NCBI GenBank assembly: GCA_963737635.1
Contig: CAVTTL010000001.1
Location: 1,664,001 to 1,728,000 of the forward strand
Origin: an uncultured Methanoregulaceae archaeon
Lineage (GTDB): Archaea > Halobacteriota > Methanomicrobia > Methanomicrobiales > Methanospirillaceae
DNA: 64,000 nt
Reading direction: 5' to 3'
Shown: positions 11,092 through 21,724 of the stretch, in pieces
Layout: each line of letters starts with the position of its first letter
Numbering within the stretch: the first letter of the stretch is position 1
Notes under the pieces: model-generated
Told to the model about the DNA's origin: nothing
The model's input: the letters and a program-made list of their open reading frames with translations, nothing else
Database searches by the model: none
Position numbers and translations under genes: made by a program

Positions 11092-12923
11092 GGCAATTGG
11101 CCCTTGTCCGGTCGTTTTTTCGGGATATGGATAATAAACGTGCTCCCGATGTTCGCGATACTGTCGACACTGATATATCCTCCATGGAGCTGGACATATT
11201 TCTTGGCAATGGCAAGCGATACGCCGGGCCCCCCCGATGTTTGCCGGGCGGCACCCTCATCGCCGGGTTTGAAGATCGCATCGAGCTGGGCCTCAGTGAT
11301 ACCTACCCCGTTATCCTGGATCGCAAGCCGGTGGAAGGGATGAGACGGCGAATCGCGGTACGTGATCCAGACCTTTTTTGGGGGTTTGGAATAACTCACG
11401 CCGTTTGCCACAAGCACGTCGAGAACATACGACAGTTTCTGGCGATCTGCTTCAAAGAGGAGGTCTTTAGGAATATCGATTGCAATCTCTGCTTTAAGGG
11501 CGTATCCCCCATTTGCAATGACTGAATCGATCATGCCTGACGCAGGAAAAACGGCATAGTCAAGGACGGTATCCTCTTCTTCAAGTATCGACAGTTCGAG
11601 CATCTGATTGATGATCTGGCGTTCCCGGTCCACGCTTTTTGCACACCGGTCGAGGATCTGCCATGTTTCGTCAGTCACGCCGAAAGAATGAGGGTCCTGG
11701 AGAAGCAGGTTGAGATATCCGAGCACCGGCTGGAGGGGAGTCCTGAGATCGTGGGCGACCGTGCGGATCATTTCGCGCCGCCGTTCCCTGGTCTGTTCTA
11801 CCCGTTCCCGGTATTCTTCCCATTCGGTATTATCCACGATATTAACGAGCCCGGCAGGCCGGTTGTTCCGGGTAATGGGGGTGAAATAAAGGACCGCCCG
11901 CCGGATCTCTCCCTTTTTGGTAATAAACCGGAACTCAGCGCGGTCCGGGACCGGTACCGGTGATTCCCACCGGCTGGTAAACACCTTGAACGGTTCCTTG
12001 TCTTCGTCGAGGACGCTGTCTGCAATATCCCTGCCTACGCATTCTTCCATGCTGTAACCGGAGAATGCGGAAAAGGCCGGGTTGGCAAAAAGGATTTTCG
12101 TGCGATCCGTGATCACGATGCCGGTGGGGGAACTCTCGGTCACCTGGCGGTTCTGGGCCGAACTGTCTGCTGCCAGTTCCCGGGCGAGCTTCTCAGCGTT
12201 GATATCGGTAATCGAACAGCTTACGATGGTATCATCGATCCGGTTCCAGGAAAGGTTGACCCAGTGCGGTTCTCCTGTCTTTGTGGCAAAACAGGTCTCG
12301 AAATTCTTGATATCCTCACCGGATCCCAGGTGCTCGAAAAAACGGCGCTGCAGATCGCGCGAAGAGAACAGGTCGGAAAATGCCATGTGACTGAGTTCTT
12401 CCACGTCATAGCCGAGCATCGTTGCCACCTGCTGGTTGGCAAGACGTATGGTGAACGTGTTTTTGTCAAAAAGGATTATGCCAAGCAGGGAGTTTTCAAA
12501 AATACCGCGGTACCGGGCCTCGGAGACCCGGATCAGGTTCGTAAAGTAGCCGACGGCAAGCGCGACGCAGATAAAAAGGATCGCCTGGCCGGTAGATGAC
12601 CAGAGCGCAAGTGCATCCGGATAAAGCGAGAAATACACCAGGCATTCATAAATAACCCCGCAAATGCCGGAAAGAATGATCCCGCGTTTGGGATAGAAAT
12701 AGGTCGCGTAGAGAATAGGGAAATAGAAAAGCTGGGGATAGATAGCCCCGGCATTCTTGGCAAGACCGATCGCGGTGATCAGGATGGAAGAAAGGGTCAG
12801 TGAGGCAATGACCGTTGAGCGCACAAAATCTGTGTGAGAGATCTGGTATCCCCGGATAGTAATGTACCTCTCCATGATTACTTTGAATTTAACGTGCTCG
12901 TACCCTATAAACCTGTCATTCAT
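11088..12923 (-). CDS. Membrane-bound PAS-PAS sensor histidine kinase
   Basis: N-terminal TM segments, two PAS domains, AHDLRTPL H-box, DNGVGI and GSTF boxes. Confidence 0.9.
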   Translation of the reverse strand: MNDRFIGYEHVKFKVIMERYITIRGYQISHTDFVRSTVIASLTLSSILITAIGLAKNAGAIYPQLFYFPILYATYFYPKRGIILSGICGVIYECLVYFSLYPDALALWSSTGQAILFICVALAVGYFTNLIRVSEARYRGIFENSLLGIILFDKNTFTIRLANQQVATMLGYDVEELSHMAFSDLFSSRDLQRRFFEHLGSGEDIKNFETCFATKTGEPHWVNLSWNRIDDTIVSCSITDINAEKLARELAADSSAQNRQVTESSPTGIVITDRTKILFANPAFSAFSGYSMEECVGRDIADSVLDEDKEPFKVFTSRWESPVPVPDRAEFRFITKKGEIRRAVLYFTPITRNNRPAGLVNIVDNTEWEEYRERVEQTRERRREMIRTVAHDLRTPLQPVLGYLNLLLQDPHSFGVTDETWQILDRCAKSVDRERQIINQMLELSILEEEDTVLDYAVFPASGMIDSVIANGGYALKAEIAIDIPKDLLFEADRQKLSYVLDVLVANGVSYSKPPKKVWITYRDSPSHPFHRLAIQDNGVGITEAQLDAIFKPGDEGAARQTSGGPGVSLAIAKKYVQLHGGYISVDSIANIGSTFIIHIPKKRPDKGQLP

Positions 12924-12970
12924 GGTTTCGGAGGAAAAATGGGCAGGGATCCGGGTCGTACTAAATGAGA

Positions 12971-14311
12971 TTACTTCAGGAGGGGTGAGAGTTTCCCGAT
13001 TACCCTGTTGACCTGAGCCACCGAGGTGCCGATATACGCATCGGGAGCGAGGAGAGCACCGAGATCGCTCCGGGAACAGTACCGGACAACCTCCGGATCT
13101 TCCCCAGGTACATCCGCAAGCGGCCGGCTTTCAGCGAGTGCCTGCATACTTGCCATCCTCACCCGTTCATGGGCGTCCTGCCGGTTCATGCCGCGCTTCG
13201 TGAGTTCGATCATCACCGATTCAGCCATATTGATACCGTGGAGAAACCCGAGATTGCGGCGGATTGCCGCACGGTTGATCTCCAGTTTGTCAAGTACCGT
13301 TGTCATAAGGCGGAGGCAGTGATCGGTAAGAATGGACGCTTCCGGAAAGAGTATCCGCTCACAGGAGGAGTTCGTGAGATCCCGCTCATCCCAGAGCGTA
13401 TTGTTGAGAAGCGCGGGTTCGACCGATGCCCTCACGATCCGGGCAAGACCGCATACCTGCTCTGATTTTATGGGATTACGTTTATGCGGCATCGTGGAGG
13501 AACCCACCTGGTGGGCACCAAATGCCTCCTCTACCTCACCAATCTCGGTGCGCTGGAGAGAACGGATCTCGATCCCGATCTTATCGAGCGTCGTTGCGAC
13601 GCCGGCAAGGAACATGAAATACTCTGCATACCGGTCCCGCGAGATCACCTGGTTTGAGACATCCACTGAGGAGAGGTGCAGCATCTGCATCATCGCCGCC
13701 TGGACCTCCATCCCCTGAGGGCCAAGCGCCGCCTGTGTTCCCACCGCGCCGGTCATCTGCCCGACCGCGACCCGGGGGCGCAGCTGTTCCAGGCGTTCAA
13801 TATGCCGGCCCACTTCGCTTGCCCAGATGGCAAACCGGAGGCCGTACGTGATCGGGACACCCTGTTGCCCGTGAGTACGACCCACGGCGACCAGCGTAAT
13901 CGTCTCCCCGGCCCGGCGTACCAGCACCCCAAGAAGGTTCCTGAGTTTTGCGTCGATAAGATCGAGCGTCTGGGCCAGCTGGAGACCGGTTGCCGTATCG
14001 AGAATATCGTTTGAGGTAGCGCCATAATGCACCCACCGGCCCGATTCCCCGCAGACTTCAGAGATCGCCTTTACGATCGCCATCATGTCGTGGCTGATCT
14101 CCATCTCGATCTCCTTTGCGCGGACAAGGGATGCCACAGACGCATTTCGCGCGATCTCCTCTGCAGCTGCCGCGGGGATCATGCCCTGTGCCGCCTCTGC
14201 CTGCGCCAGTGCTGCTTCGACAGAAACGACGCAGGCAAACCGGTTCTCCTCGCTCCAGACGGCTCGCATCTCCGGTGTCCCGTACCGGTACTCGATGGGG
14301 TGGACTGCCAT
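12971..14311 (-). CDS. purB: Adenylosuccinate lyase
   Basis: HYGATSND, GRTHGQ and GSSTMPHKRNP signature. Confidence 0.96.
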   Translation of the reverse strand: MAVHPIEYRYGTPEMRAVWSEENRFACVVSVEAALAQAEAAQGMIPAAAAEEIARNASVASLVRAKEIEMEISHDMMAIVKAISEVCGESGRWVHYGATSNDILDTATGLQLAQTLDLIDAKLRNLLGVLVRRAGETITLVAVGRTHGQQGVPITYGLRFAIWASEVGRHIERLEQLRPRVAVGQMTGAVGTQAALGPQGMEVQAAMMQMLHLSSVDVSNQVISRDRYAEYFMFLAGVATTLDKIGIEIRSLQRTEIGEVEEAFGAHQVGSSTMPHKRNPIKSEQVCGLARIVRASVEPALLNNTLWDERDLTNSSCERILFPEASILTDHCLRLMTTVLDKLEINRAAIRRNLGFLHGINMAESVMIELTKRGMNRQDAHERVRMASMQALAESRPLADVPGEDPEVVRYCSRSDLGALLAPDAYIGTSVAQVNRVIGKLSPLLK

Positions 14312-14415
14312 GAGAACAGATGGGTTGTCCGGGAATATTAGATTTGAGCATTGCCGGGCAACTCACGTACCCTTCCGACGCTCATAATACCTCCCAGCAC
14401 ACACAGTACCCTGAA

Positions 14416-16422
14416 ATGGACTCCCTTGATGGGTTCTTCCCGTACGATGAGTACCGCCCGAACCAGCGCCAGATGCTGGAGTTTGCCGCAACGGTCGCCC
14501 GCGACGGCGGGATCGGTATGATCGATGCACCGACCGGCAGCGGGAAGTCGAGCGTGGTCGCCTCCCTGTTAGCCGAACGAAAGGGGCGGAAGATCGTGAT
14601 CGCCGTCCGCACGATCAGCCAGCTCTCCACCTTTGTCCGGGAACTCGAACTCATAAAAAAGAAACAGCCGGGACTCAAAACCGTCTACCTTGTCGGGAAG
14701 AAAAGCATCTGCCCCCTGGGTGGCGAGGGAGACGTGTACCGGCGCTGCGAAGGGGTCAAGACGTTCTCGTCTGCCCTCATGCGCGAGCGGGCCGAACGCG
14801 GCGCTCTTACTCCCATAAAAGATCCCTTTATTATCCAGCAGATCCGCAGGATGGACCGCGAGCACCCCCTCATCTGCCCTTATTTTATCGCAAGCAAGCA
14901 GTTTGTCACCGGTGACACCGGGGGCGTCAAGATGGTCCCGTCTGCCGCCGTGCGTTCGAAAGCCGACCGGGTGCTCGCCGAGCCGGTCCGGCCCCAGGAA
15001 CTGGGAGGTTTTTCCGGTGATATCTGCCCGTATGAGCTGGTCATGCATGCCGCAAAAAATGCTGATGTGATAATACTGAATTATCACCACCTCTTCGACC
15101 GCGAGATCCGCGACCAGCTGTATGCGAACCTCAACGTCGAGGATAAGGACGTGATGCTCCTCATTGACGAGGCTCACAACTGTGGCGACGTTATCCAGTC
15201 GGTCGAGAGCGTCGCACTCGCCCAGAAGGATCTCGAACAGGCGACCCGGGAACTCTCGGGGATGAAACGGCTCCATAAGGGGGCAGAGGCGGTGCAGCAT
15301 GTCCTTCCCCGGCTTACGGAGTTTATGGGGGGGCTCGCCAATTCGATCGAGCCTGAAGACTGGTTCGATCCCGGGATATTCGACCGGGCCATCGTCAAGG
15401 GCTCGCTGTGGAAGGATATGGGGGAGATCGTGGACGAACTCATGGGCCTTGCCGAAACGGTCCGGGATAGGAACCAGAAAGCCGGTGAGTTCCGCGAAAC
15501 CGCGATCGAACGGCTGACCGTATTTATGTACCGGCTCACAGAGTCTTCCCACAACCCGGCGTATCTTACCATCTACAAAAAAACCGAGGAAGGCATCATC
15601 CTCGAAGTAAGAAATATCGACCCTTCCGCCCCGCTCTCCGAGATCTGTTCGATTCATGCCTGCTGCATCATGATCTCGGGAACGCTCTCGCCGGTCGACA
15701 GTTTCCGGCGGCTGTATTTTAATGATGCAAAGGTTGCGACCCTTGCCCTGCCCAATTCCTTCCCCAAAGAGAACCGCCTCATCTGCTGTGCGACCGACAT
15801 AACCACGGCATACTCTCTCCGGCAAAACCGGGAGAACACGGAACGGATCGTGGACTATATCACCGCATTTGCCGCGCTGAAGAAAAACCGTGCCATCTAC
15901 TTCCCGAGTTACCAGATCCTTGAATCCTATGCAGCGCTTGCCTCGCCCCATATAAGCAGGCGCAAAGTCTACATCGAACCCCGGGATGCCGCAGGTGCCG
16001 GTGCCGCACTCAACGAATTCCTCTCGCTTCCCGCGCAGGGTGAGTCCGGGATCATGTTTGCCGTCTGCGGCGGGAAGTGGAGCGAGGGCCTTGATTACCG
16101 GGGAGAGATGCTCTCCGGGGCGATGGTAGTGGGCCTTCCCCTGGCGCCGTTTACCCGGGTCAGGAAGATGATCATCGAATATTTCCGGCACAAGTACGGT
16201 GAAGAAGGCGAGTTTCTCTGTTATACGCTCCCGGCGATCAACAGGGCTCTCCAGGCGCTGGGACGCGTGCTGCGTACTCCAGAGGATCGCGGCGTTCTTG
16301 TGATGGCAGAACGCAGGTTCCTTGAAAAGAGGGTGCGTCTGGCGCTCCCGGCATGGATCCAGGATGAGATGATCGAATGCGACGCCCAGAAGTTCCGCGA
16401 GGTCCTGAAACAATGGAAATAA
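14416..16422 (+). CDS. XPD/Rad3-family ATP-dependent DNA helicase (Fe-S)
   Basis: APTGSGKS Walker A, Cys cluster, IDEAHN, SGTLSP, SEGLDY, QALGRVLR; ATG at 14416. Confidence 0.9.
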   Translation: MDSLDGFFPYDEYRPNQRQMLEFAATVARDGGIGMIDAPTGSGKSSVVASLLAERKGRKIVIAVRTISQLSTFVRELELIKKKQPGLKTVYLVGKKSICPLGGEGDVYRRCEGVKTFSSALMRERAERGALTPIKDPFIIQQIRRMDREHPLICPYFIASKQFVTGDTGGVKMVPSAAVRSKADRVLAEPVRPQELGGFSGDICPYELVMHAAKNADVIILNYHHLFDREIRDQLYANLNVEDKDVMLLIDEAHNCGDVIQSVESVALAQKDLEQATRELSGMKRLHKGAEAVQHVLPRLTEFMGGLANSIEPEDWFDPGIFDRAIVKGSLWKDMGEIVDELMGLAETVRDRNQKAGEFRETAIERLTVFMYRLTESSHNPAYLTIYKKTEEGIILEVRNIDPSAPLSEICSIHACCIMISGTLSPVDSFRRLYFNDAKVATLALPNSFPKENRLICCATDITTAYSLRQNRENTERIVDYITAFAALKKNRAIYFPSYQILESYAALASPHISRRKVYIEPRDAAGAGAALNEFLSLPAQGESGIMFAVCGGKWSEGLDYRGEMLSGAMVVGLPLAPFTRVRKMIIEYFRHKYGEEGEFLCYTLPAINRALQALGRVLRTPEDRGVLVMAERRFLEKRVRLALPAWIQDEMIECDAQKFREVLKQWK

Positions 16423-16862
16423 CCGGCGGTTCGTGCAGGCTCGGGCTCTGGTATGTGCATGTGTGGTGGAGCGGTGACAAGGTCCACCGCGTCCGGTTTG
16501 CGCCGACCGGCATTCCCGGCCCTGTACCAGAACCGATCCTGCAATACTGCGCCGGCCGTCCGGTTGATTTATCGGCATTATCGACCGTTGCCTGCGAAGG
16601 AGACTCAGTTTCCTGCCGTATCTACGAGGCAGTCCGGGGAATACCCTACGGCAGCACCATGACCTATGGGGAGATTGCAGCGCTCGTAGGTACCTCTCCC
16701 CGTGCGGTGGGGCGTGCGATGGCGCGGAACCCGACGCCGCTTGTGGTTCCCTGCCACCGGGTGGTAGCAGCACACGGGATCGGCGGTTTCACGCCGGAAA
16801 TCGAGATCAAGGAGCATCTTCTTTCGATGGAAAAGAAAGGGAAAAAGAACGCGGGCCGGTGA
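16413..16862 (+). CDS. ogt: Methylated-DNA-protein-cysteine methyltransferase
   Basis: IPYGSTMTYGEIA, RAVGRAMARNP, active site VPCHRVV. Confidence 0.9.
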   Translation: MEITGGSCRLGLWYVHVWWSGDKVHRVRFAPTGIPGPVPEPILQYCAGRPVDLSALSTVACEGDSVSCRIYEAVRGIPYGSTMTYGEIAALVGTSPRAVGRAMARNPTPLVVPCHRVVAAHGIGGFTPEIEIKEHLLSMEKKGKKNAGR

Positions 16863-16923
16863 GCGCCCTTTTTCGCAATCTCTAATTGCCATCCGGGAAA
16901 ACATAGGTTGGAGGAAAATCGCC

Positions 16924-17853
16924 ATGAAGATACTGGTGCTCGGGGCAGGTGCAGTTGGTTTATCCGTTGCTGCACAACTCTCCCGTGTCTGCGAGGTACA
17001 CGCGGTCAGCCGGAAGAAAAACGCTGACGCCATCAGTGCGAACGGCCTGCAGTTGACCGGTATCTGGGGAAACGAGACCTTCAGGTTCAGCGTTTCAGAG
17101 AGTGTACCGGCCGGCGCCCGGTACGATTACGTTTTCATAACCTCAAAATCCCGGGACACGGAGAACCTCTGTCGTGAATTCGCCCCCTTCATTGCGGGTA
17201 CCGAAACGATCAGCCTCCAGAACGGCATAGGAAACGAGGAGATCATCAGCCGGTATACCGACCGGGTCATCGGGGGCATGATCATTACCGGTTTTGAGTG
17301 GCGGGGAGAGGATAAGGTTCACGTATCGGTCGAAGCCGGACCGGCAAAACTCGGCCGTTTCCCGGCAGGACTCGACGAACCGGTGCAGAGGCTCCTGAAG
17401 ATCATGGCGGCAGCGGGGATCCCGGCGGAGGGGACCACGGACGTCCGGGCAGAGCTGTGGGGAAAGACCCTCTATAACTGCGCCCTCAACCCGCTTGGCG
17501 CCGTGATGGGAGTGCCGTATGGGGAGCTCGACCAGCCTGCGGCATGGCGGATCATTACCCCCATCGTCCGCGAGGGCTTTTCCGTCATCCACGCTGAAGG
17601 CATCCGTCTTTCGTGGGAATCAGCCGACCAGTATCTTACATTCCTCCATGATGTCCAGCTCCCGGCCACCGCCCGGCACCACTCTTCCATGCTCCAGGAC
17701 CTTGCCCGGGGCCGGCCTACCGAGATTGATGTTCTCAACGGCGCTATTGTGGCAAAAGGCGCCCAGCACGGTATCCCGACACCGGTGAATGCCTGTATCA
17801 CCGATCTGGTGAAATTCCGTGAAGCACTCATGGAGAAACGAGGCCCGCAATGA
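16924..17853 (+). CDS. panE: 2-dehydropantoate 2-reductase
   Basis: GAGAVG, SLQNGIG, NCALNPL, SSMLQDL...TEIDVLNG. Confidence 0.9.
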   Translation: MKILVLGAGAVGLSVAAQLSRVCEVHAVSRKKNADAISANGLQLTGIWGNETFRFSVSESVPAGARYDYVFITSKSRDTENLCREFAPFIAGTETISLQNGIGNEEIISRYTDRVIGGMIITGFEWRGEDKVHVSVEAGPAKLGRFPAGLDEPVQRLLKIMAAAGIPAEGTTDVRAELWGKTLYNCALNPLGAVMGVPYGELDQPAAWRIITPIVREGFSVIHAEGIRLSWESADQYLTFLHDVQLPATARHHSSMLQDLARGRPTEIDVLNGAIVAKGAQHGIPTPVNACITDLVKFREALMEKRGPQ

Positions 17854-18467
17854 GATCCGCAATAGTGCTTGCAGGGGGGGAAGCCCGGCGGGCACAGGGC
17901 CAGGAAAAATACTTCTTCACGTATGAAGGGAAAACCTTCATCGAGCGACTCGTCGGCTCGCTCTCGGGAGTCGTTGACGAGATCGTCATTGTTGCCCGCA
18001 ACCAGACACAGTGCACCCGGTTCCGGACGATCAGCAACGTCACCTGTATCTGTGATATCCGCCAGGGAATGGGCCCCATAGGCGGCCTTCATGCCGGGTC
18101 CCTTGCAGCACACGGGGACCTCGTATTCGTATCTGCCTGCGATATGCCCTGTATCGATCCGGGGGTCGTCTCGTATCTCTTCGAGTCAATCGGTTCGTAC
18201 GACGCAGCAATCCCCCGGTGGAACGAGCGGATGGTTGAACCCCTGCATGCCGTTTACCGGAAGACTGCCCTTCTCGCGTATCTTGAAAGCCATACCTCCC
18301 TCTCGCTGCGGACCATGATCCAGACCCTGAATGCCCGCTATATACCGGTGGACGACCTCAGGGCATTGGACCCCGGCCTCAGGACGTTTACGAACATCAA
18401 CAAGCTTGAGGAACTCGAACACATCAAGCTCTTTTCCCAGAACGAACCCGGGGAACCCGTTCCCTGA
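17850..18467 (+). CDS. mobA: Molybdenum cofactor guanylyltransferase
   Basis: AIVLAGG, GPIGGL, ACDMP, EPLHAVY, FTNIN. Confidence 0.9.
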   Translation: MRSAIVLAGGEARRAQGQEKYFFTYEGKTFIERLVGSLSGVVDEIVIVARNQTQCTRFRTISNVTCICDIRQGMGPIGGLHAGSLAAHGDLVFVSACDMPCIDPGVVSYLFESIGSYDAAIPRWNERMVEPLHAVYRKTALLAYLESHTSLSLRTMIQTLNARYIPVDDLRALDPGLRTFTNINKLEELEHIKLFSQNEPGEPVP

Positions 18468-18597
18468 AGCGATCTCACGTACCTGTTCTCCCCGCTGCTT
18501 TCCTGATGGAGCCCTCTAACATTATATGTATCAAAATCAACGATAGAATAATGAGTACCCCGTGACAGGTGCGGGTCATTGAGGAGAATGCGCATAT

Positions 18598-19455
18598 ATG
18601 GGACCAAAGTCACTTGACTGGGAGGCATGTCTTCGTCTCTTTATTGTGATCGCTGCAACGATCGGCGCGGTCCTTGGTACCATCTTCTCTCTCACACATG
18701 GCATCACTACCGTCTTTCAGTTTCTGTATATCCTTCCTATCATCTGTGTTGTCTATTTCTATCCCCGGCGTGCTGTCCTTTTTACCCTTTCCATCAGCGT
18801 CATCTATATCGGCCTTGTTTACCTTTTGGGATCCAGTAATCCGTTCCTTATTGCCGTTTCGACCGCATGGTTTGCCATCTTTATTACCCTCGCCGTTGTA
18901 GCGTCTTCCTTTGCAAACGGGCTTCTCGAAGAAAAAATACGGATCCGCAATATCATGGAGAATACGATAGAAGGTATCCTCTGTTTTGATCCGAGCATCT
19001 GGCGGATACGGGACGTCAACCAGAAATGCAGCCAATGGCTCTTATATTCCCGGAACGAATTGAAAGGAATTCCGGTGAGCACCATCTGGAACGACAAGAG
19101 TGCATACCAGCAGTTCCTGGCTGAGATAAAAGCAAAAAAAACCGGCGTGATATTCGAGTCCCTCTTCCGGCAGAAAACCGGCGGGGTCATCAGGGTCGTC
19201 ATCTCCCCTCTCTATATCACAAAAGAGATGGTTCTCTGCTCTGTTGTCAATGTAACCGATGCACGCATAGCCGATGAAGAGATACGACAGACCCTCGAGG
19301 ATCTTGAACGCCAGGTACGGGAACGGACCGCGCATCTCGAACAGATCAATGACGATCTGCGCAACGAGATCCTTGAGCGCCGCAAGCTTGAACGCACGCT
19401 TCTCTCCGGAGAACACAAAGACGAATCCGGCAAAGACAAGGAGAGACAACCATGA
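18598..19455 (+). CDS. Membrane PAS-domain protein with C-terminal coiled coil, no kinase domain
   Basis: 4 TM segments, one PAS domain, LERQVRERTAHL coiled coil. Confidence 0.8.
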   Translation: MGPKSLDWEACLRLFIVIAATIGAVLGTIFSLTHGITTVFQFLYILPIICVVYFYPRRAVLFTLSISVIYIGLVYLLGSSNPFLIAVSTAWFAIFITLAVVASSFANGLLEEKIRIRNIMENTIEGILCFDPSIWRIRDVNQKCSQWLLYSRNELKGIPVSTIWNDKSAYQQFLAEIKAKKTGVIFESLFRQKTGGVIRVVISPLYITKEMVLCSVVNVTDARIADEEIRQTLEDLERQVRERTAHLEQINDDLRNEILERRKLERTLLSGEHKDESGKDKERQP

Positions 19456-20912
19456 CCGGCCAGATCTCCCCGGATAAAAGGAACCAGATTGTCTGGACCG
19501 CGATAATCATACTGACCGTTCTCGTCACCCTGTCTTCTACGCTCTATGCCCTCTCCCGTGGCATTTACGACGTTTTTCCGTTCGTCTATTTCCTCCCCAT
19601 CATCCTCTTTGTCTACCTGTACCCGAACAAGGGCGTCTATTTCTCTCTTGCCCTGAGTTCGGTCTATATCCTTCTCGTCTACGTGTACAGCGGCTTTAAT
19701 CCGCAGGACGTAGCGCTCTCCACCGCGTGGTTTGTGATTTTTGTTACTATCGGCGTCGTTACCTCATCGTTTGCGGAAGGGCTGCGCGAAGAAGAGCGCA
19801 AATACCGGGGGATGTTTGAGAACTCCCAGGCCGGCATATTCACCTTCGACCTGAATACCCTGCAGATCACCGAGTTAAACGCGAAATGTGCGCAGATGCT
19901 CAGGTACGATCGTTCAGAGCTTACCGGTGCGGCACTCTCGCGTATTATAACCGATGAAGGCAGCCGCGAGCGGTTTATCCGGCAGACCATGATGTCTGCG
20001 GAGACCGGGGATCTTGAACTGTTTTTCACGGCACGTGACGGTACAACCCGGCAGGTCCTGGTCTCTGCTTCAGTGACGCCGGGAAATATCATCACCTGCT
20101 CTGCGGTTGATATCACCGCCCGCAGACTGGCAGAACAGGTGATCGAGCGGGCCCGGGACGATCTGGAGCGAAGGGTCACGGAACGTACCGAGGAACTCCT
20201 CGGCGTCAACAAGGTACTCTCGGCAGAGATCGAGGAACGTAAACGGTTCGAGACGGCGATCCGTCTTGCCAACCACAAAATCACCACCCTCTCCGGTATC
20301 ACCCGCCACGATATCCTCAACCAGATAACGGCGATCGTGATGTATCTTGCGCTCATACGGGAGATGGAGACCGATCCCATGATCTCCGGGTACCTTGAAA
20401 AAATCGGGGGTATCACGAGCCTTATCCAGAAACAGATCCAGTTTACGCAGGACTACCAGCACATCGGTTCCGGGGAGCCCAAGTGGCACGAGATCGATGC
20501 AGTGATCGGCAAAATTGCCGCCGGGGTCAAACAAAAAGATGTGGTGATCGATCGAAAGGTCGGCAATCTGGCCATTTTCGCCGATGCAGGTCTGCCAAAG
20601 GTCTTTGTCAACCTGATCGAGAATGCACTGACGCATGGCAAACACGTCACCCTCATCCGGTTCTCGTATTACGAGACGGAGAACGATCTGGTACTCTGCT
20701 GCGAGGATAACGGGGTTGGTGTCCCCGAAGATTCAAAAAAGCTGATATTCAAGCGGGAATATTTCCGGAATACCGGATACGGGCTGTTCCTGATCGTCGA
20801 GATTTTGAGTATTACCGGTCTTTCTATTACCGAGACTGGCACGCCCGGGGAGGGTGCCCGGTTCGAGATCCACGTCCCCAAAGGGAGCTACCGGTTCGGT
20901 AGCGATCATTGA
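19452..20912 (+). CDS. Membrane PAS sensor histidine kinase
   Basis: TM segments, PAS, RHDILNQ, NLIENALTHG, GYGLFL, GARFEI. Confidence 0.9.
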   Translation: MTGQISPDKRNQIVWTAIIILTVLVTLSSTLYALSRGIYDVFPFVYFLPIILFVYLYPNKGVYFSLALSSVYILLVYVYSGFNPQDVALSTAWFVIFVTIGVVTSSFAEGLREEERKYRGMFENSQAGIFTFDLNTLQITELNAKCAQMLRYDRSELTGAALSRIITDEGSRERFIRQTMMSAETGDLELFFTARDGTTRQVLVSASVTPGNIITCSAVDITARRLAEQVIERARDDLERRVTERTEELLGVNKVLSAEIEERKRFETAIRLANHKITTLSGITRHDILNQITAIVMYLALIREMETDPMISGYLEKIGGITSLIQKQIQFTQDYQHIGSGEPKWHEIDAVIGKIAAGVKQKDVVIDRKVGNLAIFADAGLPKVFVNLIENALTHGKHVTLIRFSYYETENDLVLCCEDNGVGVPEDSKKLIFKREYFRNTGYGLFLIVEILSITGLSITETGTPGEGARFEIHVPKGSYRFGSDH

Positions 20913-20959
20913 AGTGATATACAATCAGGGTCTGCGGATGAGCCCTTCCCGCCGGTTTA

Positions 20960-21724
20960 TCAGATATTCTTTTTCCTGCCGCTTGCGTCCCGGGAGTAGT
21001 GCCCGAACTCGCTCTTCTTGAGCAGCTCCCCGGAAAAGACCGGGCCGTCCCGGCAGACCCTCAACCCCTCCGGGTCGATACAGCAGGAGCCGCAGATCCC
21101 GACCCCGCATTTCATGTACCGGTGGAGCGAGAACTCCGTTTTCGCCGCTAACCCGGGACCGTCGATCTTGGCGAGGACTGCCCTCATCATCGGCTCCGGC
21201 CCGCAGACGGCTATCCGGTCATACGCGGCAATGCCGATGTCTTTGAGGAGGTCGGTGACAAATCCGTGCTGGCCCAGCGACCCGTCATCTGTTGCAATGA
21301 TGACGTCGGTGCTTTCATCGAGTTGATCGACAAAGAGCAGTTCTTTCTCTGTCCGTGCGCCCAGAAGCATCGTCATGATGCAGTCCGACCGGGCGAGCGG
21401 CAGAAGAGGGGCTGCCCCGACTCCGCCAGCGATGGCGAGCATCTTTTCGCCGCGGGTAAAACCATTCCCGTAAGGTCCCCTGATACCCAGGGATGCACCG
21501 GGTACGAGGTCGAACATGGCACCGGTCGCATCGCCGGCGTTCTGGACGGTGATGCTGTTGGCTGAAGAAAGTGCCATGGGAATCTCGTCCACGCCGGGCA
21601 CCCATACCATGACAAACTGCCCGGGTTCAAAGGTGAACTCGTGGTCAACGTAGAACGTTTTTATCGAGGGCGTCTCTTTCTTGATCTCGGTGATGGAGAC
21701 CGGTACAGCCAGCTGGTCATTCAT
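20960..21724 (-). CDS. pyrK: Dihydroorotate dehydrogenase electron-transfer subunit
   Basis: PGQFVMVW, RGPYG, AGGVG, CGPEPMM, MKCGVGICGSC...VCRDGPVF. Confidence 0.92.
   Translation of the reverse strand: MNDQLAVPVSITEIKKETPSIKTFYVDHEFTFEPGQFVMVWVPGVDEIPMALSSANSITVQNAGDATGAMFDLVPGASLGIRGPYGNGFTRGEKMLAIAGGVGAAPLLPLARSDCIMTMLLGARTEKELLFVDQLDESTDVIIATDDGSLGQHGFVTDLLKDIGIAAYDRIAVCGPEPMMRAVLAKIDGPGLAAKTEFSLHRYMKCGVGICGSCCIDPEGLRVCRDGPVFSGELLKKSEFGHYSRDASGRKKNI

Noticed and set aside
14569-16773. 734-aa minus-strand ORF
   Set aside because: Antisense shadow of the XPD helicase and ogt genes in GC-rich DNA, with no protein motifs.
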